NCBI GenBank assembly: GCA_965223855.1
Contig: CBDCXM010000003.1
Span: 1 to 64,000, forward strand
Reading direction: 5' to 3'
DNA: 64,000 nucleotides
DNA from: Candidatus Multivoradales bacterium
Lineage (GTDB): Bacteria > Acidobacteriota > Thermoanaerobaculia > Multivoradales > JAHEKO01
In this document: piece after piece, positions 38,963 through 49,053 of the stretch
How positions within the stretch are numbered: position 1 is the first letter of the stretch
Layout of the letters: the number at the start of each line of letters is the position of its first letter
Translations under genes and position numbers: made by a program
Notes under the pieces: model-generated
What the model saw: the letters and a program-made list of their open reading frames with translations, nothing else
Databases searched by the model: none
What the model was told of the DNA's origin: nothing

Positions 38963-40396
38963 ATGCTCCTGCGCTATGCGACCGTGGCCGCCGCCACCCT
39001 GCTCGTCCTCGCCTGTCAGCGGGCTGCTCCCGTGCAGCCCGACCTGCTCCTGATCACAGTCGACACGCTCCGGGCGGACCACCTGGGCTGCTACGGCTAT
39101 CCGAGACCGACGACTCCGGAGATCGACCGATGGGCGTCCACGGGAGTGCTCTTCGAGCGAGCCATCGCGAGCTCTTCGACGACCGCCCCTTCACACGCCA
39201 GCCTGCTCACCGGCCTCTACCCGCTGCAGCACGGCATTCGCAAGAATGGCGTCGGGCCGCTGCGCGGCACAATCCCGACCGCCGCCGAACTGCTCGCCGA
39301 GGCGGGGTACAGGACGGCCGCGTTCACGAGCATCCGCGGTCCGTTCGTCGCCGCCGGCCTCGATCGTGGTTTCGAGACGTTCGACGCGCCGCCGTCGGGA
39401 GAGTTCGACGCAGTGGAGACTACGGGCCGGGCTGCGGCGTGGGTCGAGGCCCGGCGGGCGAGCGGGCCGCCCGTCCCCGAGCCGATCTTCCTGTGGGTCC
39501 ATCTCTTCGACCCTCACTCACCCTACGAGCAGCACCCGGCTGGCGCGAGACTCCGGGCCGAACCGCCCAGGCTCGACTTTCTCATCCGCGAGCGCGGCAT
39601 CTCGCTCGCTCCGTTCGGTGGCAGCGAGGAGGCGCTCCTGCGGCTGGTCGACGCCTACGACCACGAGATCGCCCACGTCGACCGCGCGCTCGGAGGGTTT
39701 CTCGAAAGCTGGCAGCGACACCCGTCCGGGCGCGAAGCGATCACGATCCTCACCGCCGACCACGGAGAGGGACTGGGAAGCCACGGCTACCTGCTTCACG
39801 GCAAGCACATCTACAACGAGCAAGTGCGGGTCCCGCTGATCGTGCATTCCTCGGCGGGCCGCTGGCCCGGCAGGAGGATCGGCGAAACCGTCCGGCATGT
39901 GGACCTCTTCGCGACTCTCCTCGAGCTCGCTGGAACGCGGACCGTCGCAGGGCCGGGGCACTCGCTGCTCTCATTGCTCGAGACCGGTAGCGACGAGGGC
40001 GATCCTCGATGGGCGTTCAGCGAACGACGGGAGTTCGCCGCCGCTCCAGCGGTAACCGGCTCTCCCGACCCGGACCGCGGCGACCACGGAGACGACCCTC
40101 TCGACCGTCTGATCCGGGCAGCGGTCGCGGAGAACTTCGAGTCTGGAGACACCTTCAGCCTGCAGGGCGATCGCTTCAAGTACGTCCTCAGGACAGAGCA
40201 TCCCGACGAGTTCTACGACCTCCTCGAAGATCCGATCGAAGCGCGCAATCGGATCGGTGAAGGGCTGGCGGCCGAGAGTCGCCTCCGACGGGAGCTGGAC
40301 GCCATCCTCCGGGAGCTGACCTCCAGCTCACCCGGTCCCCTCGACTTCGACGACTCCGTGCGCGCCGAGCTCGAGGCGTTGGGCTACCTGCCGTGA
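38963..40396 (+). CDS. Sulfatase/alkaline-phosphatase-superfamily lipoprotein
   Basis: LITVDTLRADHL, TAPSHASLLTG, WVHLFDPHSPY, TADHGE, LEALGY; lipobox VLAC. Confidence 0.88.
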   Translation: MLLRYATVAAATLLVLACQRAAPVQPDLLLITVDTLRADHLGCYGYPRPTTPEIDRWASTGVLFERAIASSSTTAPSHASLLTGLYPLQHGIRKNGVGPLRGTIPTAAELLAEAGYRTAAFTSIRGPFVAAGLDRGFETFDAPPSGEFDAVETTGRAAAWVEARRASGPPVPEPIFLWVHLFDPHSPYEQHPAGARLRAEPPRLDFLIRERGISLAPFGGSEEALLRLVDAYDHEIAHVDRALGGFLESWQRHPSGREAITILTADHGEGLGSHGYLLHGKHIYNEQVRVPLIVHSSAGRWPGRRIGETVRHVDLFATLLELAGTRTVAGPGHSLLSLLETGSDEGDPRWAFSERREFAAAPAVTGSPDPDRGDHGDDPLDRLIRAAVAENFESGDTFSLQGDRFKYVLRTEHPDEFYDLLEDPIEARNRIGEGLAAESRLRRELDAILRELTSSSPGPLDFDDSVRAELEALGYLP

Positions 40397-41784
40397 CGCA
40401 AGGGCGCTCGGAGTTGTCGCGACCTCCACGCAGATCGATGCTCCGGTCGCTCCGGACGTTCGTCTCGCTCGCGGCGTCGATGGTCGCGGGATGCGCCGGA
40501 ACAGCGGATGCCCCGCCCGGGGCCGAGCACGTCGTCCTCGTCACCGTCGACACACTGCGGGCAGACCGGTTGGGCGCGTACGGTCACCCCGATGCCCGAA
40601 CCCCCAACATCGACCTGCTGGGGGAAGGGTCCGTCCTCTTCGAGCGCGCCTACGCGCACGCCTCGATGACGCTGCCGTCGATCGCCAGCCTGCTGACGGG
40701 CCTGCTGCCGTCGCAGCACGGCGTGGTCGACAACACCGGGAGCGTCGACGAGTCGCTGCCCATCCTAGCCACTCGGCTCGAGCAGGCCGGCTTTTCGTCC
40801 GCCGCCTTCGTCGGCAACTTCGCACTCCGGCCGGGAACCGGAGTGGAGCGCGGCTTCGGCACCTACACCACGTCGTTTCGGGCTCAGGAAGGGGTCCGCG
40901 AGCACCCGGAGAATCGCGCCGCCGAACTCACCAGCGAGGCGATCTCCTGGCTCCGTGGGCGCAGTGACGAGGAGCGCCTCTTCCTGTGGGTTCACTACCA
41001 GGAGCCGCACGGCGCCTACATGAGCGCACCCGCACCGGGTTCGATCAATCCTGGCGGGCCTGTGCTCCCTCGCAGTGAGTCCGACTCCGGTTTCCGCGCG
41101 ATTCCGAGGTACCAGTGGCTCGGGCATGGCCGGCTCCGCGACTACGAGGCCCGCTATCAGGCCGAGATCCGCCAGGTCGACCGACAGCTCGGTCGCCTGA
41201 AGGACGCGCTCGAGCGAACCGGGCTGCTCGAGCGCAGCGTCCTCGTGTTCGCCTCCGACCATGGCGAGGCCTTCGGGGAGGGAGAACTCTATTGCGCGCA
41301 TGGGGAGGGGCTGGACGAAGCCCTGCTCCGGGTGCCGCTGATGATCCGCCTCCCTCAAGGACGCGGGACGGTTCGCCGAGACCGGGTGCGGCTGCGGGAC
41401 CTGCCCCGGACGCTGCTCGAGCTGGTCACCGTCGATCCGTCGGGGTTCGGCGGTTCGTCGCTTCTGGTCGACGAGGGAGATCGGCAGGTTGTGGCGCAGA
41501 CCCGCGCCCCGTGGTCGCGCAGAGGCGAGCAGTGGCGGGCCTGTCGTGACGGGGGATGGGAGCTGGTGGAGAGTCTCGGCGACCAGAGCACGCTCCGCCG
41601 CGAGCCTGGAACTCCGGGCACCGGAAGTCCGGGCACCGATCGCGAAGATGCCAGGGAACGGGAGAGCGCCGGAAAGCGACTCGGGACCTGCCTCCGGCAA
41701 CGCGCACCGTGGGTCGTCGACCCTTCGCCCCGCACTCTGACGGAAGCCGAGATCGAGGGGCTGAGGGCGCTCGGCTACCTCTAG
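40393..41784 (+). CDS. Sulfatase/alkaline-phosphatase-superfamily lipoprotein
   Basis: VTVDTLRADRL, TLPSIASLLTG, WVHYQEPH, ASDHGE, LRALGY; lipobox VAGC. Confidence 0.88.
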   Translation: MTQGRSELSRPPRRSMLRSLRTFVSLAASMVAGCAGTADAPPGAEHVVLVTVDTLRADRLGAYGHPDARTPNIDLLGEGSVLFERAYAHASMTLPSIASLLTGLLPSQHGVVDNTGSVDESLPILATRLEQAGFSSAAFVGNFALRPGTGVERGFGTYTTSFRAQEGVREHPENRAAELTSEAISWLRGRSDEERLFLWVHYQEPHGAYMSAPAPGSINPGGPVLPRSESDSGFRAIPRYQWLGHGRLRDYEARYQAEIRQVDRQLGRLKDALERTGLLERSVLVFASDHGEAFGEGELYCAHGEGLDEALLRVPLMIRLPQGRGTVRRDRVRLRDLPRTLLELVTVDPSGFGGSSLLVDEGDRQVVAQTRAPWSRRGEQWRACRDGGWELVESLGDQSTLRREPGTPGTGSPGTDREDARERESAGKRLGTCLRQRAPWVVDPSPRTLTEAEIEGLRALGYL

Positions 41785-41794
41785 CGCACGGCCT

Positions 41795-41850
41795 CTGGCG
41801 ACCCGGGTTCCAGCGATCCGGGCTCCAGCGACCCGGGCTCCAGCGACCCG
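41795..41850 (+). repeat. 15-bp tandem repeat (CCAGCGACCCGGGCT), about 3.7 copies
   Basis: Read directly between two convergent stop codons. Confidence 0.8.
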
Positions 41851-41855
41851 ACTTC

Positions 41856-42471
41856 TCAGCCTCCGGTGGCCAACGCGAGCCGCGTCCAGGGGTTGGCCGG
41901 CTGGTCCCGAATGTAGACCCAGTAGCGCTCGCCGCCTGGCTCCAACGTCCCCTCGGCCCAGAATCGCCACCCGGCCCTTACCTGATGGAATGACGCCATG
42001 CTCCACTCTTCCCCCAGCTCTCCCGCGACAATGCGGTTGGCGGCCTCGAGAGAGGTCAGTCTCGTCCCCGCGACGGGCTCGGTGAGGCGCACCTCGCCAC
42101 CGGGCCACGCCCTGGCAGGAAGATCGGACGGCTTCGGCACCGCCGTCCGTCTGAAGGCCAGAATCGGGAGCGACCTCGCGGGCGAAGTGTCTCCGCGATA
42201 GGCGTTCGTGAACTCGTCACGGCCAACGAGCACGAAGCTCCGCCCGTCGAGTTGTCGCGCAGCGAGCGTGGCCCAGGTCATCCCCGGATGGTCGGCCACT
42301 GCTTCGGCCTCATCGATCGGCGCGAGGCCGCCGGGACGCGGCTCCGGCGTTCCCTGCCCGAGTCCACCGACCGTCGACGACGGCACCGACGGCTGCGAAG
42401 GATCGGGAACCAGGCGGGGAACCTGTGCGGAGTGAGGTCTCTCCCGGCTCGACTGCGGCTGATCGAGATTC
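41856..42471 (-). pseudogene. 3' fragment of a gene ending in a conserved-looking unknown domain
   Basis: GMTWA...NAYRGDT...LPIL...GTRLTSL...WSMASFH...GWRFWAEG...YWVYIRDQPANPW, preceded by a Pro-rich linker. The 5' part is replaced by the deacetylase duplicate. Confidence 0.6.
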
Positions 42472-42487
42472 GGAGCTGCTCGGTGCC

Positions 42488-43067
42488 GGAGCTGCTCGGT
42501 GCCAGGGGAATGGAGCTGCGCTATTTCCGACACCCCTTCCTGCACACCGGCCTCGACCTCGAGACGAAGCGCCAGGTCGAGGCGTTCCTGGCCGAGCGCA
42601 ACGTCCGCGTCGCTCCGGTGACGATCGACAACTCCGAGTGGATCTTCGCCCGCGCCTTCGACGAGGCGCTCGACCGGGAGGATCGGGAGCTCGAGCAACG
42701 GCTCGGCGCAGCCTACGTCGACTATATGGTGGCGATGACCGCCTACTACGAGGGGCAGAGCCGAGCGCTCTTCGACCGCGAAATCCCCCAGGTGATGCTC
42801 CTCCACGCCAACGCCCTCAACGCGCACTTCCTGGGGGAGCTGGTCGCCCGCTTGCGGGAACGCGGGTACCGCTTCGTCGGCCTCGACACCGCGCTCGCCG
42901 ACCCGGCGTTCGAGAGTCCGGACGAATACACCGGCAGCGGCGGGATCACCTGGCTGCACCGCTGGGCGATCTCGCGCGGGGTCGATCGCTCGATACTCGC
43001 CGGCGAGCCCCTCACGCCGGAGTGGGTGCAGGAGGTCGCGGGCCTGCAGGAGTCGGCTCGAAACTGA
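42488..43067 (+). pseudogene. 5'-truncated duplicate of the polysaccharide deacetylase
   Basis: Starts at ELLGARG and lacks the TFDD and HSYSH motifs; 16-bp tandem duplication GGAGCTGCTCGGTGCC at the junction (42472-42503). Confidence 0.85.
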
Positions 43068-43138
43068 GTTCCGCCCTGCGATCGATCCCGAGCCCGTCCG
43101 CCAACCTCTTTGGCACGTCCTCCGGTTAGAGTCGAGAG

Positions 43139-44521
43139 ATGAAACGCTCACGTCGTATCGCTTTCGCCCTCGCGCTCGTCGTTGCCGCCTTCTCCTGGAG
43201 CCAGCCCACCGCGGCCGACAACTGGCCGCAGTTTCGCGGCGAAGGCGCCCGCGGTGTCGCCGACGGGGAGTCCCTCGCCTCCGAATGGAACGGCGAGAGC
43301 GGCGAGGGGGTGCTCTGGCGCACGCCGATCCCGGGGCTCGGGCACTCGAGCCCGGTGATCTGGGGAGATCGCCTCTTCGTCACCACCGCGGTGAGCGAGG
43401 CCGACGACGCTGGGATCAAGACGGGGCTCTACGGCGACATCCGGCCGGTGGACGACGATTCGGCACACCGCTACGACGTGTACTGCCTCGACCGCAACAG
43501 CGGTGAGGTGCTGTGGCGGCAGACGGCGGTCGAGACGGTGCCGCAGGTCAAGCGGCACCTCAAGTCGACACACGCCAACCCGAGCGTGGCGACCGACGGC
43601 GAGCACGTGGTCGCGTTCTTCGGCTCGGAAGGGCTCTACGTCTACGACTTCGACGGCAATCTGCAGTGGAAGAAGGACCTCGGCCTCCTCGACTCCGGCT
43701 TCTTCCAGGTGCCGGATGCGCAGTGGGGGTACGCCGCCTCCCCGGTGATCGACAGCGGCCGGATCGTCATCCAGGCGGACGTGCAGGAAAACTCGTTCCT
43801 CGCCGCCCTCGACGCGACGGACGGGACCGAGATCTGGCGCGTCGCGCGCGACGAACTGCCGACCTGGTCGACCCCGACGGTGCACGACGACGGCGAGCGC
43901 AAGCAGGTGATCGTCAACGGCTTCCGCCACATCGGCGGCTACGACTTCGAGACCGGCGCCGAGCTGTGGAAGATGGCCGGCACGGGCGACATCCCCACGC
44001 CGACGCCGTTCGTCGTCGACGACCTGATCTACCTGACGAGCGCTCACGGCCCCGGCAGCCCGATCTACGTCATCCCGACCGACGCCAGCGGCACCCTGAC
44101 GACCGAGAACCTGCGCTGGAGCCAGGAGCGTGGCGGCTCGTACATGCCGACGACGATCGTCTACGACGGCCTCTACTACGTCGGGCGCGACAACGGGGTG
44201 CTCACCGTCTTCGACGCCAAGTCGGGCGAGAAGCACTTCGAGGAGCGTCTCGGCGGCGGGCGCTTCAGCTTCGTCGCGTCACCGGTCGCCGGCGACGGCA
44301 AGGTGTACTTCAATTCCGAGGACGGGGTGACGTTCGTCGTCGAGGCCGGGAAGGAGCCGACCGTGCTCGCGGAGAACGACATCAACGGGCGCATGCTCGC
44401 CTCGCCGGCGATCTCCGGTGGGGTGCTCTACTTCCGGACGCTGGAAGAGATCGTCGCGGTGGGAGGTGACTCGTCTCCGGCCACCGAAGACGAGTCGGCT
44501 ACGGCCGAAGCCGGTCGCTGA
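43139..44521 (+). CDS. Secreted PQQ-binding-like beta-propeller protein (BamB-like family)
   Basis: Signal peptide, [19 protein letters not shown], repeated GxxxW propeller motifs. Confidence 0.9.
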   Translation: MKRSRRIAFALALVVAAFSWSQPTAADNWPQFRGEGARGVADGESLASEWNGESGEGVLWRTPIPGLGHSSPVIWGDRLFVTTAVSEADDAGIKTGLYGDIRPVDDDSAHRYDVYCLDRNSGEVLWRQTAVETVPQVKRHLKSTHANPSVATDGEHVVAFFGSEGLYVYDFDGNLQWKKDLGLLDSGFFQVPDAQWGYAASPVIDSGRIVIQADVQENSFLAALDATDGTEIWRVARDELPTWSTPTVHDDGERKQVIVNGFRHIGGYDFETGAELWKMAGTGDIPTPTPFVVDDLIYLTSAHGPGSPIYVIPTDASGTLTTENLRWSQERGGSYMPTTIVYDGLYYVGRDNGVLTVFDAKSGEKHFEERLGGGRFSFVASPVAGDGKVYFNSEDGVTFVVEAGKEPTVLAENDINGRMLASPAISGGVLYFRTLEEIVAVGGDSSPATEDESATAEAGR

Positions 44522-44744
44522 AGGCGCGACCGCCCTCGGCTTGCCCGCGCCCGCGGCAACCTCGGAAGCTTCGCCTGCCCGATACCCCCAACGTGGTCGA
44601 TGCAGGGGCGTACGACGTGGAGCACGACGTTGTCATCCACCGTTGTGGCCGGGTCGGCCCACCGCGCGCAGCCGCTCCGCACTCACCGCTGCGGCTGTCG
44701 AAGGAAGGTCGGTCCTGTGCCGCTCGACGACGGATCCTGCAGCT

Positions 44745-46925
44745 CTACTCCTGAGTCCCCCGTCGACCGCTCGACTCCCGCGCTCTCGGCAAGGTGGTGC
44801 CAAGTCCCACCGTGCGAGCCATGAAGGAAAGCTGATCGGCGAAACTCGCCGCCTTGTCGGCCGGGGTCAGCCCGTACGAGTGGCCGGCACCCCAGGCGAC
44901 TCGCAGAAGCGCCGGTTCGGCGCAACCCTCGACACTCTCGAGAGCCGAAGCGAACTTGTAGCCGTGCATCGGCGGTGTCGTCTCGTCCTTCTCACCGGGG
45001 AGGATGAGCATAGGGGGGTAGCAAGCGGTCGGATCGACGTTGTGGACGGGCGAGTATGAGAGCAGGGCCGCCCGCTCCTCGGCGTTCTCGACCGAGCCCA
45101 GCTCTCCTCGCCAGCGTGCGCCGCCGGTGTAGCTCTCGTAGCGCATCAGGTCGAGCAGCGGGAAGCCGAAGATCGCGGCTCCGAAGAGATCGGGCCGCTG
45201 CAGTACGGCCGCTCCGACGAGCGCCGCGCCCGCGCTCTGGGTCTCGGCTGCGAGGGTCCGGGGCGACGCGATCCCCTCGGCGATCAGCCACTCCGCAGCG
45301 GCGATGAAGTCGTCGACGCCGTTCTGGCGATGGACTCCGACACCCGCCCGGTGCCACTCCTCGCCGAACTCCCCTCCACCCCTGAGGGCGGGAAGCGCGA
45401 AGACGCCTCCAAGACGGAAGAACTCCCACATGTGAGCGCGAAACCATGGCCCGGAAGCCCAGGCACCGAAGCCGTAGCCGTACATCATCACCGGTTCGTT
45501 GCCGGTGAGCTTGAGCTCCCGATGGTGGGCGAGGTACATGGGGATCCGCTCACCGGCCGGGCCCGAGTAGAAGACGCGCTTCGTCGCGATGTCACGCGGA
45601 TTCCAAGGCACCTCGGGTTGACGGAAGATCGAGGTCTCCCCGGTCGTGAGGTCGAGGCGGTAGACGGTCCCCGGGTCTGCAAAGCCGCTCACCTGGAAGA
45701 ACGCTTCGGCCGAGCCGTGTCGCCCCATGAAGCCGCTCCACACCGATCCCAGCTCGGGGACCTCGATCTGGTAGAGGTGCCTCCCTTCGAGGTCGAAGAC
45801 ACGCGGCACATAGACGCCTTCCTCACGGTAGCCGACGATGATTCGATCTCCGGCGACGCGAACGGCGACCCAGGTGTCCACGGTGCCGTCGCGCTCCGGA
45901 ATGAGATTCCGCCATTCGTCGGGACGGCCCGCACGTCGCACGTCGGTCATGTCGATGCCGACGATCCTGAAACGCGGCGCGTCCCGGTCGGTCAGAAGGA
46001 AGACCGTCGAGCCCGAGCTGCCGACGAAGGCGGTTCTGGAGTCCGCCTCGGGCGCGAGCGGAACCGGCGTCGGGTCTTCCAGCGAGAGATCGAGGACGAA
46101 GAGACGGTTGGTGATGTCGCGCCCGTCGCGGACCAGCACGCTGAGAAACCTGTGGTCGGAGCTCCCCCTCAGAGTCACGAAGTGGTTGTCGGGGTCCTCG
46201 GGTCGATAGACCACCTTGTCGGCGGCAGCCGGTGTTCCCAATCGATGAAACGCCACCACTTCACCATGCAAAGGGGCAGTCGCGCGCACCTCCGCGGCCG
46301 GTATCTCGTAGCGGTCGTAGTAGAAGCCACCACCGTCGGCCGTCCACCACACCGAAGACAGCGTCCCGACGAGCCCCTCGATTCGATCGGGCAGGGTACG
46401 GCCGCTGTCGACATCGAGCACCCGGAGCGTCGTCCAGCGGGACGCAGGCTCACGGACCGCGTAGGCCACTCGGCGGCCGTCCGGGCTCGGTGCCACGAGA
46501 CGAAACAGCACCTTGCCCTCCTCGGACGCGAGTCGGGCCGCGTCGATCAGGGTGCGCTCGGCGCCGTCGACGCCCTGGCGCATGTGCAGAGAGACTTCGG
46601 CCAGGCCGGGATCGAAAGAAGTGTAGAAGTAGCGGCCTTCCCGCTCGATCGGGGCCATGAAGCGGCGGTAGGTCGAGGCCGAAGCGAGGTTGGCCTCGAG
46701 TTGCCCGCGATCCTCGAAGGCGGCGGCAAAGGCTCGAGCGTGACGGTCCCGCTCCCTGGCCCAGGCGAGGACCTTCGGCGAGTCCATCGCCTCGAGCCAC
46801 TCGAGGTCCGGCCGCTCTGAGCCGGGAACGGACTGTCCTTGCACTCGCTCGATCGGCGAAGCCGCGAGCAGGGTCGGCAGCACGAAGAGCAGGCACGTCA
46901 ACAGGTTCCATCTGGCGAATCGCAT
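44745..46925 (-). CDS. Secreted prolyl oligopeptidase (S9A)
   Basis: MYGYGFG, LRGGGEFGEEWH, Ser in TQSAG, Asp in EKDETT, His in GAGHSYG. Confidence 0.9.
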   Translation of the reverse strand: MRFARWNLLTCLLFVLPTLLAASPIERVQGQSVPGSERPDLEWLEAMDSPKVLAWARERDRHARAFAAAFEDRGQLEANLASASTYRRFMAPIEREGRYFYTSFDPGLAEVSLHMRQGVDGAERTLIDAARLASEEGKVLFRLVAPSPDGRRVAYAVREPASRWTTLRVLDVDSGRTLPDRIEGLVGTLSSVWWTADGGGFYYDRYEIPAAEVRATAPLHGEVVAFHRLGTPAAADKVVYRPEDPDNHFVTLRGSSDHRFLSVLVRDGRDITNRLFVLDLSLEDPTPVPLAPEADSRTAFVGSSGSTVFLLTDRDAPRFRIVGIDMTDVRRAGRPDEWRNLIPERDGTVDTWVAVRVAGDRIIVGYREEGVYVPRVFDLEGRHLYQIEVPELGSVWSGFMGRHGSAEAFFQVSGFADPGTVYRLDLTTGETSIFRQPEVPWNPRDIATKRVFYSGPAGERIPMYLAHHRELKLTGNEPVMMYGYGFGAWASGPWFRAHMWEFFRLGGVFALPALRGGGEFGEEWHRAGVGVHRQNGVDDFIAAAEWLIAEGIASPRTLAAETQSAGAALVGAAVLQRPDLFGAAIFGFPLLDLMRYESYTGGARWRGELGSVENAEERAALLSYSPVHNVDPTACYPPMLILPGEKDETTPPMHGYKFASALESVEGCAEPALLRVAWGAGHSYGLTPADKAASFADQLSFMARTVGLGTTLPRARESSGRRGTQE

Positions 46926-47007
46926 GATGCCTCCTTGTCGAAAGGACGCCGGTTCACTCCGGCACGACGAGCGTGGAGAGGCGGCGAAGGCCGCTCAACA
47001 GAATCCC

Positions 47008-47024
47008 CCTTGAGAACACCTTGA
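47008..47024 (+). promoter_or_regulatory. CCTTGA-N5-CCTTGA direct repeat (11-bp period); candidate OmpR/PhoB-type wHTH operator
   Basis: Lies between the divergent S9 peptidase and wHTH regulator genes. Confidence 0.35.
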
Positions 47025-47115
47025 CTGTGAGGTAACTGCGACCGTGAGAGGACAGGAGACAGGGTTTCGGGTGCTAGCCTGATCCGGCCTCATCACAACG
47101 ATCGAGCAGCGCCCC

Positions 47116-49032
47116 GTGAGCTCCCGCCCCGTCCCCTCGCCTCCGCCCCAGCCCTCCTCTCCCGGTCGCGTCCGGTTCGCCGACTTCGAGGTCGATCTCC
47201 GCGCCCGCGAGCTCTACCGGGGAGGCGAGCGGGTACAGCTCCAGGACCGACCGTTCGAGGTGCTCGCCGCCCTGCTCGAGCGGTCCGGCGAGGTCGTCCT
47301 CAGGAAAGAGCTGCGCGAGCGCCTCTGGCCTGGTCACTTCGTCGAGTTCGACAACAATCTCAACACCGCGGTGACCAAGCTGCGCAGAGCTCTCGACGAC
47401 ACGACCCAGGAGCCGAGAATCGTCGAGACGCTGCCCAAGCGGGGCTACCGGCTGCTGGTACCGGTGGAAGCGGTGGGCGACGGCGACCTGCCTTCAGGGC
47501 GACCTCGGGTGACGGTCCGCCGATGGCGCGCCCTCACCTTCGGCCTCCTCGCCGTTCTGGCCGGCGCACTCGCTCTCGCTCTGATGCGATCGTCACCCGC
47601 TACACCGCCCAAGGGCGACGAATCAGCCGGTGCTCCGCTTCGCACGTCGCTCCTGGTCGTGTTGCCCTTCGCCGCTCTGGAAGGAGAGGGTGCGAGCGTG
47701 GCGCTCGCCGACAGTCTGACCGAAGAGCTAATCGGTCGCCTCGCCGAGCTGCTTCCGTCACAACTCGGTGTGATCGCGCGTACATCGTCCATGCAGTTCC
47801 GGGGCAACGAGGCGGATGTCGCTGCGATCCGTCAACTGCTCGGCGTCGACTACCTGCTCGAGGGCAGTGTCTCGCGCGACACGGAGGGGCTGCGCATACG
47901 GACCCGCTTCGTCCACGCTTCGGACCAGGCACATCTGTGGGCCGAGAGCTACGAGGCGTCGCTCGACGAACTTCCGCGTCTGCAGCGATCGATCGCAGAA
48001 CGCATCGCCACGGCAGTCTCGTCTCAACTGCGCTCGGCCGGGGCCCTGGGTGAGCCGCAATTGATCCCGGCTGCAGCGTGGGAGGCGTACCTCCAGGCGC
48101 GATTCCTGCTCGGCTCCCGGCCCGAGCCGACGGAGGAGACGTCGATCGAAGCGATTGCGCTCCTCGAGCAGGCGGTGTCGGTCGCGCCCCACTTCGCTCT
48201 CGCCTGGTCGGCGCTTGCTGATGCGTCCTACCTCGACCCGGCAGGAGGGCGGGAAAGCCAAGTACGGGCGGAGCAAGCGGCTAGGCGAGCCCTGGCGGCC
48301 GACCCCGGCCTCGCCCGGCCGCGTCATCGGTTGGCGATCCTCGCCCTCTACAGAGACTGGGACTGGGAAGAGGCAGAGCGCCAGTTCGACTGGGCTCTCT
48401 CGCTCGCTCCGCACCTTGCGGTCGGTCACCATTCGAAGGCCGCCTGGTTCTCGACGCAGGGACGTCACGAAGAGGCGCTGCAGTCGATCGAGCGGGCGAT
48501 GCGGCTCGATCCCCTGTCTGTGGTGCTGCACGCCGACGCCGGCTGGTACCTGTTCGTCGCGCGGCGCTACGAGGAAGCGATCGAACGTTGCCGGCAGGCG
48601 CTCGAGCTGGATCCGGATCATCGCGGTGCCAACAGCTATCTGTTCCATTCCCTGAACGCACTCCACAGAAGCTCGGAAGCCGGCGAGGTCGCCCGGAGAC
48701 TGCTCACTATCGAAGGCGCTGGCGACGAGCTCCTTCGGCAAGCGACACAGTCCCCCGAGGCTGCCATCGAGGTGCTGAGACGATTTCGGCTGTCGACGCT
48801 GGAAGAGGAGCTGGAGGCCGGCCGAGCCTCCGCCGGCCAAGTCGCCCTCGCCCACCTCGAGCTGGGCGACGGCGAAAGGGCTCTCGAGTTCCTCGAAACG
48901 GGTCTCGAGGAACGCGAAGGCTGGATCTACCCGTTCCTTGCCGTCTACCCCCTGCTCGACCCACTGCGTGACGACGTCCGGCTCGAGAGGTGGATCGATA
49001 CCGTCGGGATCCCGGTCGCGGCTGCGCGTTGA
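47116..49032 (+). CDS. Transmembrane regulator: OmpR/CadC-type wHTH, TolB-like domain and TPRs
   Basis: FADFEVD...LNTAVTKLRRAL...ETLPKRGYR; TM; VVLPF...VIARTSSMQF; TPR repeats. Confidence 0.9.
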   Translation: MSSRPVPSPPPQPSSPGRVRFADFEVDLRARELYRGGERVQLQDRPFEVLAALLERSGEVVLRKELRERLWPGHFVEFDNNLNTAVTKLRRALDDTTQEPRIVETLPKRGYRLLVPVEAVGDGDLPSGRPRVTVRRWRALTFGLLAVLAGALALALMRSSPATPPKGDESAGAPLRTSLLVVLPFAALEGEGASVALADSLTEELIGRLAELLPSQLGVIARTSSMQFRGNEADVAAIRQLLGVDYLLEGSVSRDTEGLRIRTRFVHASDQAHLWAESYEASLDELPRLQRSIAERIATAVSSQLRSAGALGEPQLIPAAAWEAYLQARFLLGSRPEPTEETSIEAIALLEQAVSVAPHFALAWSALADASYLDPAGGRESQVRAEQAARRALAADPGLARPRHRLAILALYRDWDWEEAERQFDWALSLAPHLAVGHHSKAAWFSTQGRHEEALQSIERAMRLDPLSVVLHADAGWYLFVARRYEEAIERCRQALELDPDHRGANSYLFHSLNALHRSSEAGEVARRLLTIEGAGDELLRQATQSPEAAIEVLRRFRLSTLEEELEAGRASAGQVALAHLELGDGERALEFLETGLEEREGWIYPFLAVYPLLDPLRDDVRLERWIDTVGIPVAAAR

Positions 49033-49053
49033 CGGCCCGGCGCTCGCTCGCGC

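Noticed and set aside
41795-41850. CRISPR array
   Set aside because: Contiguous 15-bp tandem units without spacers and no cas genes; no CRISPR array was seen anywhere in the window.
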